Assembly: GCA_963808015.1 (NCBI GenBank)
Contig: CAWEEG010000020.1
Span: 1,051-65,050, forward strand
DNA length: 64,000 nucleotides
Source of the DNA: an uncultured Actinomycetota bacterium
GTDB taxonomy: Bacteria > Actinomycetota > Acidimicrobiia > Spongiisociales > UBA5794
Direction: 5' to 3'
The notes under the pieces are model-generated. The model was not told the DNA's origin. It made no database searches and saw only the letters and a program-made list of their open reading frames with translations. This document shows, one piece after another, positions 33,846 to 44,193 of the stretch (position 1 is its first letter; each line of letters opens with the position of its first letter). Position numbers and translations under genes: made by a program.

Positions 33846-35132
33846 GCCTCCTCGCTCTCAACTCGGATCACCGACGCCACATTGCGCAGGGCATCGACGT
33901 CGCGAAGATACCGCACCGCTTCACGCTGGGCGGATTCGCGAGCCCTGTGTGTAACGATCAACAGCAGGGCCTCGCTCCCCTCGCCCTCCTGCCACACCGA
34001 CTTGATTGACACGCCGGCATTGCCGAACGCTCCGGCGATTTGCGCCAGCACACCAGGACGGTCGTCGACTTCAAGGCGCATGTACCACTTGGTCGGGACA
34101 TCACCGAACGGAATCAGATCGCCCGGGCGAGAACCGGATCCTGGGCGCAACTTGTGCACCTGCGAGCGTCTCGCGGGCTGCGTCGATGATGTCGCCGAGA
34201 ACTGCGGTGGCAGTGGGAGCGCCACCGGCGCCGGGTCCGGAGAAGAGGAGTTCGCCCACGGAAGGCCCCTCGATGAAGATCGCGTTGGTCGCTCCACGGA
34301 TCGACGCGAGCGGATGATTGAGCGGGATCATCACCGGATGCACCCGGGCAGATACCCCTTCTCCGATCCGTTCGGCGATCCCGATGAGCTTCACGGCATA
34401 TCCGAAATCGGCGGCAAACGCCATGTCCACGGGAGAGAGAGAATCGATGCCCTCGTGGTAGACATCGTCGAGACCAACCCATGTGCCGAACGCCAGCGAG
34501 GCCAGGATCGCTGCCTTCGCTGCGGCGTCGGCACCCGAGACGTCAGCGGTGGGATCGGGTTCGGCGTATCCCAATTCCTGCGCTTCAGCGAGCGCGTCGC
34601 CGTAGTCGGCATTGTCTTCCGCCATCCGGGTCAGGATGAAGTTGGTGGTGCCGTTCACGATGCCGAGGACTCGCTCCACCGGCTCCCCGGCCAGTGTCTC
34701 CGACAGGGGCCGGATGATCGGGATCCCTCCGCCGACGGCCGCTTCGAACAAGAACGCCACACCAGAGCGCTCGGCCGCTGCGATCAGTTCGGGCCCACGA
34801 GATGCGACCAGTTCCTTGTTGGCCGTGACGACGGGCTTTCCCGCCTCGAGGGCAGCGAGCACGAGATCGCCGGCGAGGTCGCGGCCACCCATCAACTCCA
34901 CGACGAGATCGATATCTGGGTCGTCGATGACGCTCATCCGGTCGTCGGTGAGGACGCCGTCGGTGACGGTGAAGTCTCTTGGTTTGTCGAGATCCCGAAC
35001 CGCGACTCGCTTCACCCGAAGATCGAGCCCTGTTTTTGCGGCTATTGCGGCATGTTCATCGACGAGGCGTGCGACGAGCGTCCCTCCAACGGTTCCCGCT
35101 CCGAGAACACCGATGCCAATTGTTGAGTGCAT
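33842..35132 (-). CDS. hom: homoserine dehydrogenase with C-terminal ACT domain, one frame break near 34140
   Basis: The N-terminal piece has [19 protein letters not shown] and [11 protein letters not shown]. The ACT-domain piece ([31 protein letters not shown]) is in the frame of 33842..34297. The stop overlaps the thrC start (ATGA). Confidence 0.9.
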
Positions 35133-35160
35133 AGGGCAAACGATAGACCGACGGGTGTGT

Positions 35161-36430
35161 TCAGACGTCTCGACGGACGAGGTCCTCGTAGGCCTCTCGC
35201 CGGACCACCTCGCGCGCCATGCCGTCGCGGACGAAAACAACGGGCGGACGGCGAATCATGTTGTAGTTGCTGCCCATCGAATGCCCAGTACACGCCGGTC
35301 ACCGGCGTCGCAAGCACATCCCCGACAGCGAGGTCCTCGGGTACGTCGGCCTCTGCCACGATGACATCGCCCGACTCGCAGTGTTTGCCGACGATCCGCA
35401 CCTTCATCGGCCGATCGGCATCGGTCGCTCTCGGGAGGAACGCTTCGTATCCGCTTCCGTACAGGCTCGGACGCGGGTTGTCGCTCATGCCGCCATCAAC
35501 CGCCACGTACGTTCGTATGCCGGGGATGTCCTTGATCGTGCCCACGGTGTAGAGCGTCACCGCTGCACCCGCGACGATCGACCGTCCGGGTTCGGCGGTC
35601 CACGAGAGAGTCGATTCCCGCGCGTCGCGACATGCCCGAACCACGATATCCGCCCACTCCGTGATCGAAGGAGCCTCCTCACCGGTCACATACGCAACAC
35701 CGAGGCCCCCGCCGATCGAGAACTCGGGGAGATCGAGCGGTACGACGAACCCGGCGAGCACATCAACTGCCCGTCGATACGAGTCCGCGTCGAATACCTG
35801 GCTGCCGATGTGTGCGTGGACACCTTCGAGGGTCATCGCGGTTGACGCTTCGATTCGCGCCACTGCTGCGGAGGCTTCGCCCGACGTCAGGCCGAATCCG
35901 AATTTCGTGTCGGCGATACCCGTCTGGAGGTACTCATGCGTGTGCGCTTCGATCCCGGGAGTGAGTCGCACGAGAACCCTCGGCGGCGGAGCACCGGCTT
36001 CAACAAGCGCCTCGATTCGGTCGATCTCAACGAATGAATCGATCACGATCTGCCCCACGCCGGCGTCGAGCGCCGCCGCGAGTTCGCCGACCGACTTGTT
36101 GTTTCCGTGAAGAACCAGCCGGTCGGCGGGGACCCCGGCGTTGAGAGCCACGAAGAGTTCACCGCCCGTCGCAACGTCGAGCCGCATTCGCTCCTCGTAC
36201 GCCAGCTTGGCCATCGCCGTCGTCATGAACGCCTTCGTGGCGTACGCGACACCTTCACCGAACGCTGAGACCGCCTCGCGACACCGGGACCGCATCTGCT
36301 CTTCGTCGTACACGAACAGCGGCGTTTCAAACCGAGCTGCCAACTCGAGAACGTCCATCCCCCCGATGAACAACCGCCCACCAACGATCTCAGAGTTGTC
36401 GGGGAGAAGAGAACGGGGGATGGGGGTCAT
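35161..36430 (-). CDS. lysA: diaminopimelate decarboxylase, one frame break near 35283
   Basis: Contains TPLFVYDEE, YATKAF (PLP lysine), HAHIGSQ and GKHCESGD. After PVTGVY the frame shifts to GHSMGSNYNMIRRPPVVFVRDG...RRDV-stop at 35161. Confidence 0.92.
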
Positions 36431-36463
36431 AGGCGGGGCTCGCGAAGATCCGGATAGCCAACA

Positions 36464-36552
36464 CCAGACGCCAGACACGAGACAAGAGACACGAGACAGC
36501 GTCGCTGCGCGGGTCTCGGGTCTCGAGTCTCAGGTCTCGAGTCTCTTGTCTC
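36464..36552. repeat. repeat family 2, copy 3 (best hairpin)
   Basis: The left arm CCAGACGCCAGACACGAGACAAGAGACACGAGACA, the spacer gcgtcgctgcgcg, and the right arm GGTCTCGGGTCTCGAGTCTCAGGTCTCGAGTCTCTTGTCTCC. Sits exactly between the argS stop (36555) and the lysA start (36430). Confidence 0.85.
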
Positions 36553-36554
36553 CA

Positions 36555-38322
36555 TCACATTCTTTCTGGGACTTCTATGCCGAGCGTATCGAGGAGGAGG
36601 GCGAGGGTGTGACAGCGTGAGATCAACGAGCGATAGCCAGGAAGCCTGGCGGGCTGGATCCTCCTCGCGCAGGATGTGACACGCCTCATAGAACCGGTTG
36701 AAGTCGGTTGCCAGCTCGTACGCGTACTCGGTGAGCACATTCGGAGCCCGAACCTCCACCGCTCGCTCGATCACCTCGGGCAGCAGCAGAAGCCGCAGGA
36801 TCAGGTCTCGCTCCTGCTTCACCGTCGGGGGGATGATCATGCCCGGTTCGAGACCGAGTTCGGCCGCACGCCGCAGAATCGACGTGGTCCGCACCGCTCC
36901 GTACTGCAGATACGGGCCGGTCTTCCCCTCAAATGACGTGAAGCGGTCAAGATCGAAGCTGTAGTTCGACGTCCGATGATTTGAGAGGTCGCCGAACTTG
37001 AGAGCCCCGAGTCCGACCTGCCTGGCAATCCGCGCTCGCTCTTCTGCTGGATAGTCCTGGGCGATCGCTGCCTCGTCGAGCCGTTTCCGAGCCGCGTCGG
37101 TCACGAGATTCATGAGGTCCGTGAGGCGGAGGATCCCGCCTTCCCTCGTCTTGAATGGTTTCCCATCCGGTCCGTTGACGGTTCCGAACGCGATGTGTTC
37201 GAGTCCGACGTCGTCCGCAGCAAGACCGGACATCCGGGCAACCCTGAAGACCTGTTCGAAATGCAGGCCCTGCCGGGCATCAACGACGTAGAGCACGAGG
37301 TCATAGCCCTCTTCCACCCTCTGCTCGAGGGTCGCCAGATCCGTCGTGGAGTAGAGGTATGAGCCGTCGGAACGGGTCAACAGGAGCGGCGGCATCTCCT
37401 TCTTGTCATCCGGCTGTTCGACGTGGACGATCAGCGCCCCCTCCGACTCGCTGGCGAGATCATCGGCACTCATCAGCCGGTCGACGAGCGGAGCGAGTCG
37501 ATCATGCACCGTGCTCTCACCCCGCCACAGATCGAACTCGATGCCGAGATCTTCGAAGTCCTTCTTCTGTTCGGCGACCGAGACATCGTGATAGTGCCGC
37601 CACAGCGCCAAGTACCCCGGCCGACCGTTCTGCAGGTCGAACGTGGCCTGACGTGCGCGCTCAGCTTCATCGGGGTCGTCCTTGCACCGCTGGACGACGA
37701 CCGGGTACATCTCGGACAGATCGTCGAGCGTGACCGGCGACTCGTCGGGGTACGGACCGGTGAAGGCCGCGTCGAAGTAGGGAAGGTCGGGTTGGCGGCG
37801 CTCCAGTTCGATGATCAGCTGGCCAATCGGCATACCCCAGTCACCCATATGAATGTCGCCCACGACCTCGTGGCCTGCAACACGGAAGAGCCGCTTGAGG
37901 CTCTCACCAATGATCGAGGCGCGGAGATGCCCCACATGCATCGACTTCGACATGTTCGGACCGCCGTAGTCGACGATCACCTTGCGGCGAGGTTCCGGTG
38001 CGGCGATGCCGCTGCGCTCATCGTCCTCCATCATCTGCGCGTAGCGGGCGAGGTACTCGTCGGTGACGATGATGTTGATGAAGCCGGGACCGGCGATGTC
38101 GAGCGACGCGAATGCTGACCGATCGCCGAGGCGGTCGATCACCGACTGCGCCAACTCTCGCGGATTCTTGCCGATCTGCTTCGCAGCAGCGAGGGCGCCA
38201 TTGCATTGGTACTGCGCTAGTTCCGGACGTTGCGATGGAACGACCAGGCCGGCCGACCGGTCCACCCCCGCGGCGTCGAACGCGTCACCGAAGAGTTCGG
38301 AGAGGTCTGAGAGAAGGGACAT
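36555..38322 (-). CDS. argS: arginine--tRNA ligase, one frame break near 36615
   Basis: Contains ANPTGPL-equivalent NMSKSMHVGHLR (HIGH motif region), a class I core, and an anticodon-binding C-terminus. The native end ...TLALLLDTLGIEVPERM-stop is in the frame of ORF 36555..36740. Confidence 0.92.
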
Positions 38323-38377
38323 AGGGAGAATCCACCTAGGGGGGTTGTGAGGACCCGGAGGTTACAATCGTTTCAGC

Positions 38378-38452
38378 GCCCCAGTAGCTCAGGGGATAGA
38401 GCGCCGGCCTCCGGAGCCGGGAGCGCAGGTTCGATTCCTGCCTGGGGCACCA
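38378..38452 (+). tRNA. tRNA-Arg (anticodon CCG), CCA encoded
   Basis: Hand-folded cloverleaf. Acceptor is GCCCCAG/CTGGGGC. D arm is GCTC-aggggata-GAGC. Anticodon arm is CCGGC-ctCCGga-GCCGG. T arm is GCAGG-ttcgatt-CCTGC. Discriminator is A, followed by CCA. Confidence 0.9.
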
Positions 38453-38586
38453 GACCGCCGTCCGTTTCCTCACCCCCCGATCCCTTCTCGGGATCGGGAT
38501 CCGCACCAAACGTTCGACATCTCCCCTTGCCTCCCAATAGGTCAACCCCATGCCGGATGTCAACGTCCGGATGCCCCCACCAGACG

Positions 38587-38617
38587 GAGCGAGGGTTCGA
38601 TTCCTGCCTGGGGCACC
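38587..38617 (+). repeat. degenerate duplicate of the tRNA-Arg 3-prime end (att-like remnant)
   Basis: gagcgAGggttcgattcctgcctggggcacc matches tRNA positions 38421..38451 at 29 of 31 nt. No matching 5-prime half precedes it, so it is not a tRNA gene. Confidence 0.75.
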
Positions 38618-38718
38618 GTTTCGCACTACGTGCGAAGTAGTCCGTCCCCTCTTCGGGACTTGTTGCGAACGGCTAGTCGCCGATTTGGTGTGTCACCCTG
38701 ACTGTGACCCATTCAATC

Positions 38719-38965
38719 CGATTCCTCCCCCTCCTTCGGATTCCTCCCCTCAGGGGGAGGTGGCGCCGCCAGGCGGCGGAGGGGGTCAAGCGGTTCCACG
38801 ACCCACGAAGACCCGCCGCGCCTGAACGGCTCTCGCACTGGAACGCTTTGACCCCCTCCGTCAGCGGCTCCGCCCGGGTTTTGGACATGATCCGACACAG
38901 GGAACCGTTGCGTCGCGTACGGGGAGGCTCCGCCGCTGCCACCTCCCCCTGAGGGTGAGGAATCG
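38719..38965. repeat. interspersed repeat family 1, copy C: two copies in inverted orientation
   Basis: 38719..38803 is a reverse-oriented copy (GATTCCTCCCCTCAGGGGGAGGTGgcgccgccaggcggCGGAGGGGGTCAAGCGGTTCCACgaccc). 38838..38965 is a forward copy (ctGGAACGcTTTGACCCCCTCCGtcagcgGCTC...CACCTCCCCCTGAGGGtGAGGAATCgg). Confidence 0.75.
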
Positions 38966-39158
38966 GACCGAACCCTGCCGCGGTGCCAACCGAAGCCTCC
39001 ACGTTGCCACCGACCAACCGTGGATTGAATCTGCGCAGTGGAGGCGAAGGCTCCAAGCCGCGCTCCGAATCTGCGAGTTGATGGGACACAGTTAGGGGCT
39101 ATTTCCCCTAAATCGGATCGCCTGTCCTTTGGCAGCAAGGGTTTCCGGACTCCTGACT

Positions 39159-39174
39159 TGTGAAGGAATTCACA
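39159..39174. promoter_or_regulatory. perfect CRP/GlxR-type palindrome TGTGA-N6-TCACA upstream of the cytochrome operon
   Basis: The sequence is tTGTGAaggaatTCACAt. Its centre is ~126 nt upstream of the ATG at 39293, inside an otherwise non-coding, lower-GC stretch. Confidence 0.45.
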
Positions 39175-39292
39175 TCCGAGTGTGCGATTCCTAGCATTGC
39201 GTGGAAGTACGGAAGCGAGTCAACGTGCAGCTCACGAGCGGCGATGATCGGCGACCAGCCACTCGCTGGAGCCAGCTGGTTGAGACGCGTCC

Positions 39293-40804
39293 ATGACGGA
39301 CGCCGACACACCTCCGCCAGCTGATTCCGCGCCGCCGGAACCACCCGAGGAACGAGGCAGGCGCGACTGGGTGATCGGCCTTCTTGCCATCATTCTCCTC
39401 GTAGCCGGACCCATCGTCATCTTCGTCGGTATCCGCAACTCGGTCGAGGCCGCGAATGCCGACAACGCGTGGTCCGGTGTGCCGACAACGGTCCCGCACA
39501 CGGACCATTCACTCCTCATGACCGGCCCATACGAGACCGGCTCCGAGGTCACAGAAGGTTGCCTCGAGTGCCATGCGGAGGCGGGCGAACAGATGCTCCA
39601 GAGCGAGCACTGGTTGTGGGAGAACCCACCGGTCTCGCTGCCCGGACGCGACGAACCGGTCGCCCTCGGGAAGAAGAACTCCCTCAACAACTTCTGCACG
39701 GGCATCCAGGGCAACGAGCAGCAATGCACGACGTGCCACGCCGGGTACGGCTGGGAGGACGAGACCTTCGACTTCACGGACGAGACGAGGATCGACTGCC
39801 TCGTCTGTCACGACCAATCCGGGCAGTATGGCAAAACAGACTGGGGATACCCGGCCGAAGCGACCGATCTCGTACTCGCTGCGGGGAGCGTCGGTCGTCC
39901 AACGCGCACGAACTGCGGCTCGTGCCACAGCACCGGCGGCGGTGGCAACGGTGTGAAACACGGCGACCTCGACAACACCCTCAACTACCCGAACGAGACC
40001 ATCGACTTCCACATGGGCGTCCTGGACATTCAGTGCGTCGACTGCCACACGACCACCGACCACCAGATCGCGGGTACATCCACATCGGTGAAGCTCATCG
40101 ACGACAACCCGGTGTCGTGCACCGATTGTCACAACTCGCTCCCCCACGAGGATGACCGCCTCAACAGCCACACCGACCGAGTCGCCTGCGAAACGTGCCA
40201 CATCCCGGAATACGCCGTCAAGGATCCGACCAAACTCTGGTGGGACTGGTCGACCGCAGGTCAGGACGGCATCTCCGACGATCCGCACGAGTACCTCAAG
40301 ATCAAGGGCAGCTTTGTCTACGGCACGCAACTCATCCCTGAGTACTACTGGTTCGACGGCACAGCGGAACGCTACTTGCTTGGAGATCCGATCGACCCCG
40401 AGGGCATCACGATCCTCAACGACCCGAACGGAGGCGTCGACGATCCGGTCGCCAAGATCTACCCGTTCAAGATTCATCGCGGCCTTCAGCCATACGACGC
40501 CGTCCACAACTACTTCATCCAGCCGAATCTCGTGGGCGACGAGGGGTATTGGACGATCTTCGACTGGGATATCGCGCTGCAGAACGGCGCCGACGACACC
40601 GGCTTCGACTTCAGCGGTGAGTACGGGTTCGCGCGGAGCGACATGTACTGGCCGCTCGAGCACATGGTTGCCCCCGCCGGCGAGGCACTCCAATGCACGG
40701 CGTGCCACTCGGACGCCGGTCGTCTCGACTGGAAGGCTCTCGGTTACGACGCCGATCCGATGGACACCGCAGGCCAGCGAACTACCGACGGAAGTGACCG
40801 ATGA
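39293..40804 (+). CDS. octaheme c-type cytochrome, tetrathionate-reductase (Otr) family, N-terminal membrane anchor
   Basis: 503 aa intact. Eight CxxCH motifs: CLECH, CTTCH, CLVCH, CGSCH, CVDCH, CTDCH, CETCH, CTACH. NNFCTGIQGNEQQCTTCHAGYGW and CHSTGGGGNGVKHGD resemble the Otr-type octaheme family as I recall it. The N-terminal TM is VIGLLAIILLVAGPIVIFVGI. Confidence 0.75.
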   Translation: MTDADTPPPADSAPPEPPEERGRRDWVIGLLAIILLVAGPIVIFVGIRNSVEAANADNAWSGVPTTVPHTDHSLLMTGPYETGSEVTEGCLECHAEAGEQMLQSEHWLWENPPVSLPGRDEPVALGKKNSLNNFCTGIQGNEQQCTTCHAGYGWEDETFDFTDETRIDCLVCHDQSGQYGKTDWGYPAEATDLVLAAGSVGRPTRTNCGSCHSTGGGGNGVKHGDLDNTLNYPNETIDFHMGVLDIQCVDCHTTTDHQIAGTSTSVKLIDDNPVSCTDCHNSLPHEDDRLNSHTDRVACETCHIPEYAVKDPTKLWWDWSTAGQDGISDDPHEYLKIKGSFVYGTQLIPEYYWFDGTAERYLLGDPIDPEGITILNDPNGGVDDPVAKIYPFKIHRGLQPYDAVHNYFIQPNLVGDEGYWTIFDWDIALQNGADDTGFDFSGEYGFARSDMYWPLEHMVAPAGEALQCTACHSDAGRLDWKALGYDADPMDTAGQRTTDGSDR

Positions 40805-43630
40805 GACGCCGGCGATTCGCGGTGGTGCTCGGGGTGGCCGCCCTGTTCGCCGCTACGTTCCTCGGCGCCGCCGTTGACCCGTCGGCTGCGTCAACAAGCG
40901 ACGAGACGGACGGCGGGCTCGTGATCCCGCCCGGTGGCGGAGTGGTTCCACCGGAGGAGGTCCAGGATCTCGTCAACCCTCCCCCACCCCCGGAACCCAC
41001 GGGCAGCACAATGCACCCCACATTCGCGTTGCTCGATAGCGAGGCGACCAACGTGCTGTCGAGCGGCAGACCCGTCTCCACGCTCACAACGTGCGGGCAA
41101 TGCCATGACTCGAAGTTCATCGTTGAGCACAACTACCACGCCACAGTCGGCCTTGACAGCCTGACCGATCCCGGCACCGCCGCATCAGGACGGGCCTGGG
41201 ACATCTCCAACGGGTGGTTTGGGCGATGGAACCCCATTACGTACCGCTACCTGACTCCCGAGGGTGACGGCACCCTCGACCTCAGCACACCAGAGTGGAT
41301 CATGACCCTCGGTGCGCGCCACGCAGGAAGCGGACCTGCGACAACGTCACGCGAAGGTTCCGCGCTTGCGAACCTGGCACCGGACGTCACGGACCCTGAA
41401 ACGAACCTTCTCATGAACGACGGCGACACCGTCGTCGCGTGGGACTGGCAGAACTCCGGCGTCGAGGAAATCAACTGCTTCCTCTGCCACGTGCCGGTAT
41501 CGGACAACGATGCTCGTATCGCCGAACTCCAAGCCGGGCGGTTCGAATGGGCCAACACCGCAACACTCGCGGCGACGAGCGCCGTCGAACAGACGGCCGA
41601 TGGCTGGGCTTGGAACCCCGGAGCGTTCACGGAATCCGGGAGGGTCGACAACGAACACCTCCCGATCGGCAAGTCCACCAACGACAACTGTGGCCAATGC
41701 CACGGCACCGTGCACATGAGCGTCGACCCAATCGATGGACAGACACTGCTCAACGGTTGGGAGACCTACACCACCGGTCAGGTCTTCTCAGACCAGCGCC
41801 TCTCGACATCGGGCCTGAATCTCCCCGACAAGGACGACCTGAGTCGGGCCTGGGACATCCACGCCGAACGCGGCCTGGATTGCATCAGTTGCCACTCATC
41901 GATCAACAACAGCGCCCAGGTTGCCGAGGATGCCGCGAGCAAGCCGACACATCTGCTCTACGACCCGCGACGACCGAATCTCGACGAATACCTCAGTCGG
42001 CCGATCCACGAACTCGCGAAAGGCGACACCGCTCAGGGTACGGTCGCTCCCGAGTACGACGGCACGATGCGAACGTGCAGCGGCTGCCACGACCCCTCCG
42101 AGTCCCACGAATGGCTGCCCTATCAGGACCGCCACATGCAGGTGGTGGCGTGTGAAACATGCCACATCCCGACAGCGAACGCTCCGGCGGCTGAGCAGTA
42201 CGACTGGACCGTGATCCACACCGACGGCACTCCGCGCACACAGATCCGCGGCGCCGACGGACCGATCGAGAACGCCGCCACCATGATCGATGGTTTCGAC
42301 CCGGTGATCCTGCTGCGGTCCGACAACGCCGGGGAGATCAGCCTCTCGCCCTACAACCTCGTTGGATCCTGGTACTGGGCGCACGGGAGCGGGGATGCCG
42401 AGCGGCCCGTGCGATCCGCCGATCTGGAAGCGGCCTACCTCGACGGTGAAGGCGGCTACGACGCTGCAATCGTCGCCGCCTTCGACACAGATGGCGACGG
42501 CACCATCTCCGAAACCGAACTGGCGATCGATACCGATGAGAAGCGGTCGGTTGTTGCCTCGCGCCTCGAATCCCTCTCCCTCTCAAACCCGCACATCATC
42601 GGAGAGGTCCAGGCCTACAGCGTCGCCCACGGTGTGGTCGGCAGCGATTGGGCGATCAAGGACTGTCAGGTCTGCCATTCGAGCAACTCGAGGCTCAGCG
42701 CCGGAATGCGAGCTCGGCACGTACGTACCGGGCGGGGTCCTCCCCGCGTTCGTCGCAGACACCAACACCGAATCAACCGGAGTCATGACGATCGCCGAGG
42801 ACGGGTCGCTGGTCTACCTTCCCGAGACCACGTCTGGCGAAATCGAAGTGCTCGGCAGCGATACCGCCGGCTGGTCCGACTGGGTCGGACTTGCTGTGCT
42901 GCTCATGGTCCTCGTCGGCATCATCATCCACAGCTTCTTCCGATACTGCGCGCGCCGCTGCTGGAACCGCGGCGCCACCGTCAAACAGCCCGCCACCGCA
43001 GAGGTCTACATCTACACGAAGTACGAGCGGTTCTGGCACTGGATGCAGGCGATCGTGATCGGCGTTCTGATCGTGACCGGAATCGTCATCCACTGGCCGA
43101 CCAACGCCACAACGTTCAGCTGGATGATCGTCGCACACAACGTGACCGCGGTCATCCTCGTCATCAACGCACTCGTGGCCCTGGTCGACTCCATCGCCAC
43201 CGGTTCGGTAAAGCGGTTTATCCCCCACCCCCAGGGATTCTTCAGCCAGGCGATCGACCAGACCGTGTACTACGCAAAGGGCATCTTCCTGGGTGAACCG
43301 CATCCCCATGAGAAGCGTGTCGGCGCACGCCTGAACCCACTCCAGCAAGCCACCTACCTCGTGATCCTCAACATCCTGCTGCCCGGTCAGGTGATCACCG
43401 GCATTCTCATCTGGGGAGCACAGCGGTGGCCCGGCTTCACGTCTCGTCTGGGCGGCCTGGGGTTCCTCCTCCCGGTTCACAACCTCATCGCCTGGCTCTT
43501 CGCCGCGTTCCTCATCCTTCACATCTACCTCACCACCACCGGCGTCACCCCGCTCGCGAGCATCAAGGGCATGGTGACCGGCTGGGAGGAAGTTGAAGTC
43601 TCATCGGTTGTGGAGGAGGTGAAGACCTGA
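40801..43630 (+). CDS. multiheme cytochrome c fused to a membrane cytochrome b (HydC/FdnI-like); CbcL-like quinol oxidoreductase; one frame break near 42700
   Basis: Signal peptide MRRRRFAVVLGVAALFAATFLGAA. Seven CxxCH motifs: CGQCH, CFLCH, CGQCH, CISCH, CSGCH, CETCH, CQVCH. After CQVCHSSNSRLS the sense continues in the frame of ORF 42362..43630 (PECELGTYVPGG...) into five hydrophobic helices with YERFWHWMQA and HNVTA/HNLIA/HIYL histidines typical of FdnI/HydC b-cytochromes. ATGA overlap with the upstream gene. Confidence 0.65.
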
Positions 43631-44193
43631 TGGCCATCAAGCCGGTCGGCCCGTCGGTCCGCAAAGGCAAGGCTCCCAACCCTCGCCCGTTCCCGAACCC
43701 GTATCTCGTCGGCGTTGGCCTGGGCGTCGTGCTCTTCATATCCGTCCTCATCACGGGAGATGGCCTTGGGGCATCCGGCGCCGTTCAGCGCATCTGGGCG
43801 TGGTTCGAGAACCTGATCGCCCCCCAACACGTCGACACGAACATCTACCTCGTCAAGTACCGCGGGGGGTGATGCACAGCCGCTCAATCATTGGATCGTG
43901 ATGCTCGCGATCGGTGTCCTGATCGGCGGATTCATCTCCGGCCTTATCGGCAGACGCGCGTCTACACCGAGATCGTCAAAGGCCCTCGCATCTCAAACAA
44001 CACTCGGCTTCTATTCGCTCTCCTTGGCGGCTCCTTCGTTGGGTTCGGAGCGCGGTTCGCCAGGGGCTGCACGTCGAGCCAGGGCCTCACCGGGTCGGCG
44101 TTGCTCTCGGTCGGGAGTTGGGTCTTCATGATGGCGTTCTTCGCCGGCGCCCTCGCTGCCGCACCGTTCTTCAAGAAGCTGTGGAACGACTGA
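43630..44193 (+). CDS. YeeE/YedE-family sulfur-compound transporter half-protein, two frame breaks (~43866 G-run, ~43950)
   Basis: Pieces 43630..43872, the frame of 43898..44131 (WIVMLAIGVLIGGFISGLIGRR) and 43891..44193 (LLFALLGGSFVGFGARFARGCTSSQGLTG) together make a ~187 aa Sulf_transp-type protein with the conserved GC(T/S)S motif. TGATG overlaps at both ends. Confidence 0.6.

Noticed and set aside
38530-38620. A possible second tRNA gene downstream of tRNA-Arg.
   Set aside because: Only the T-arm and acceptor 3-prime half are present. The T stem carries two mismatches. No D arm, anticodon arm or 5-prime acceptor strand can be folded. I treated it as an att-like remnant.
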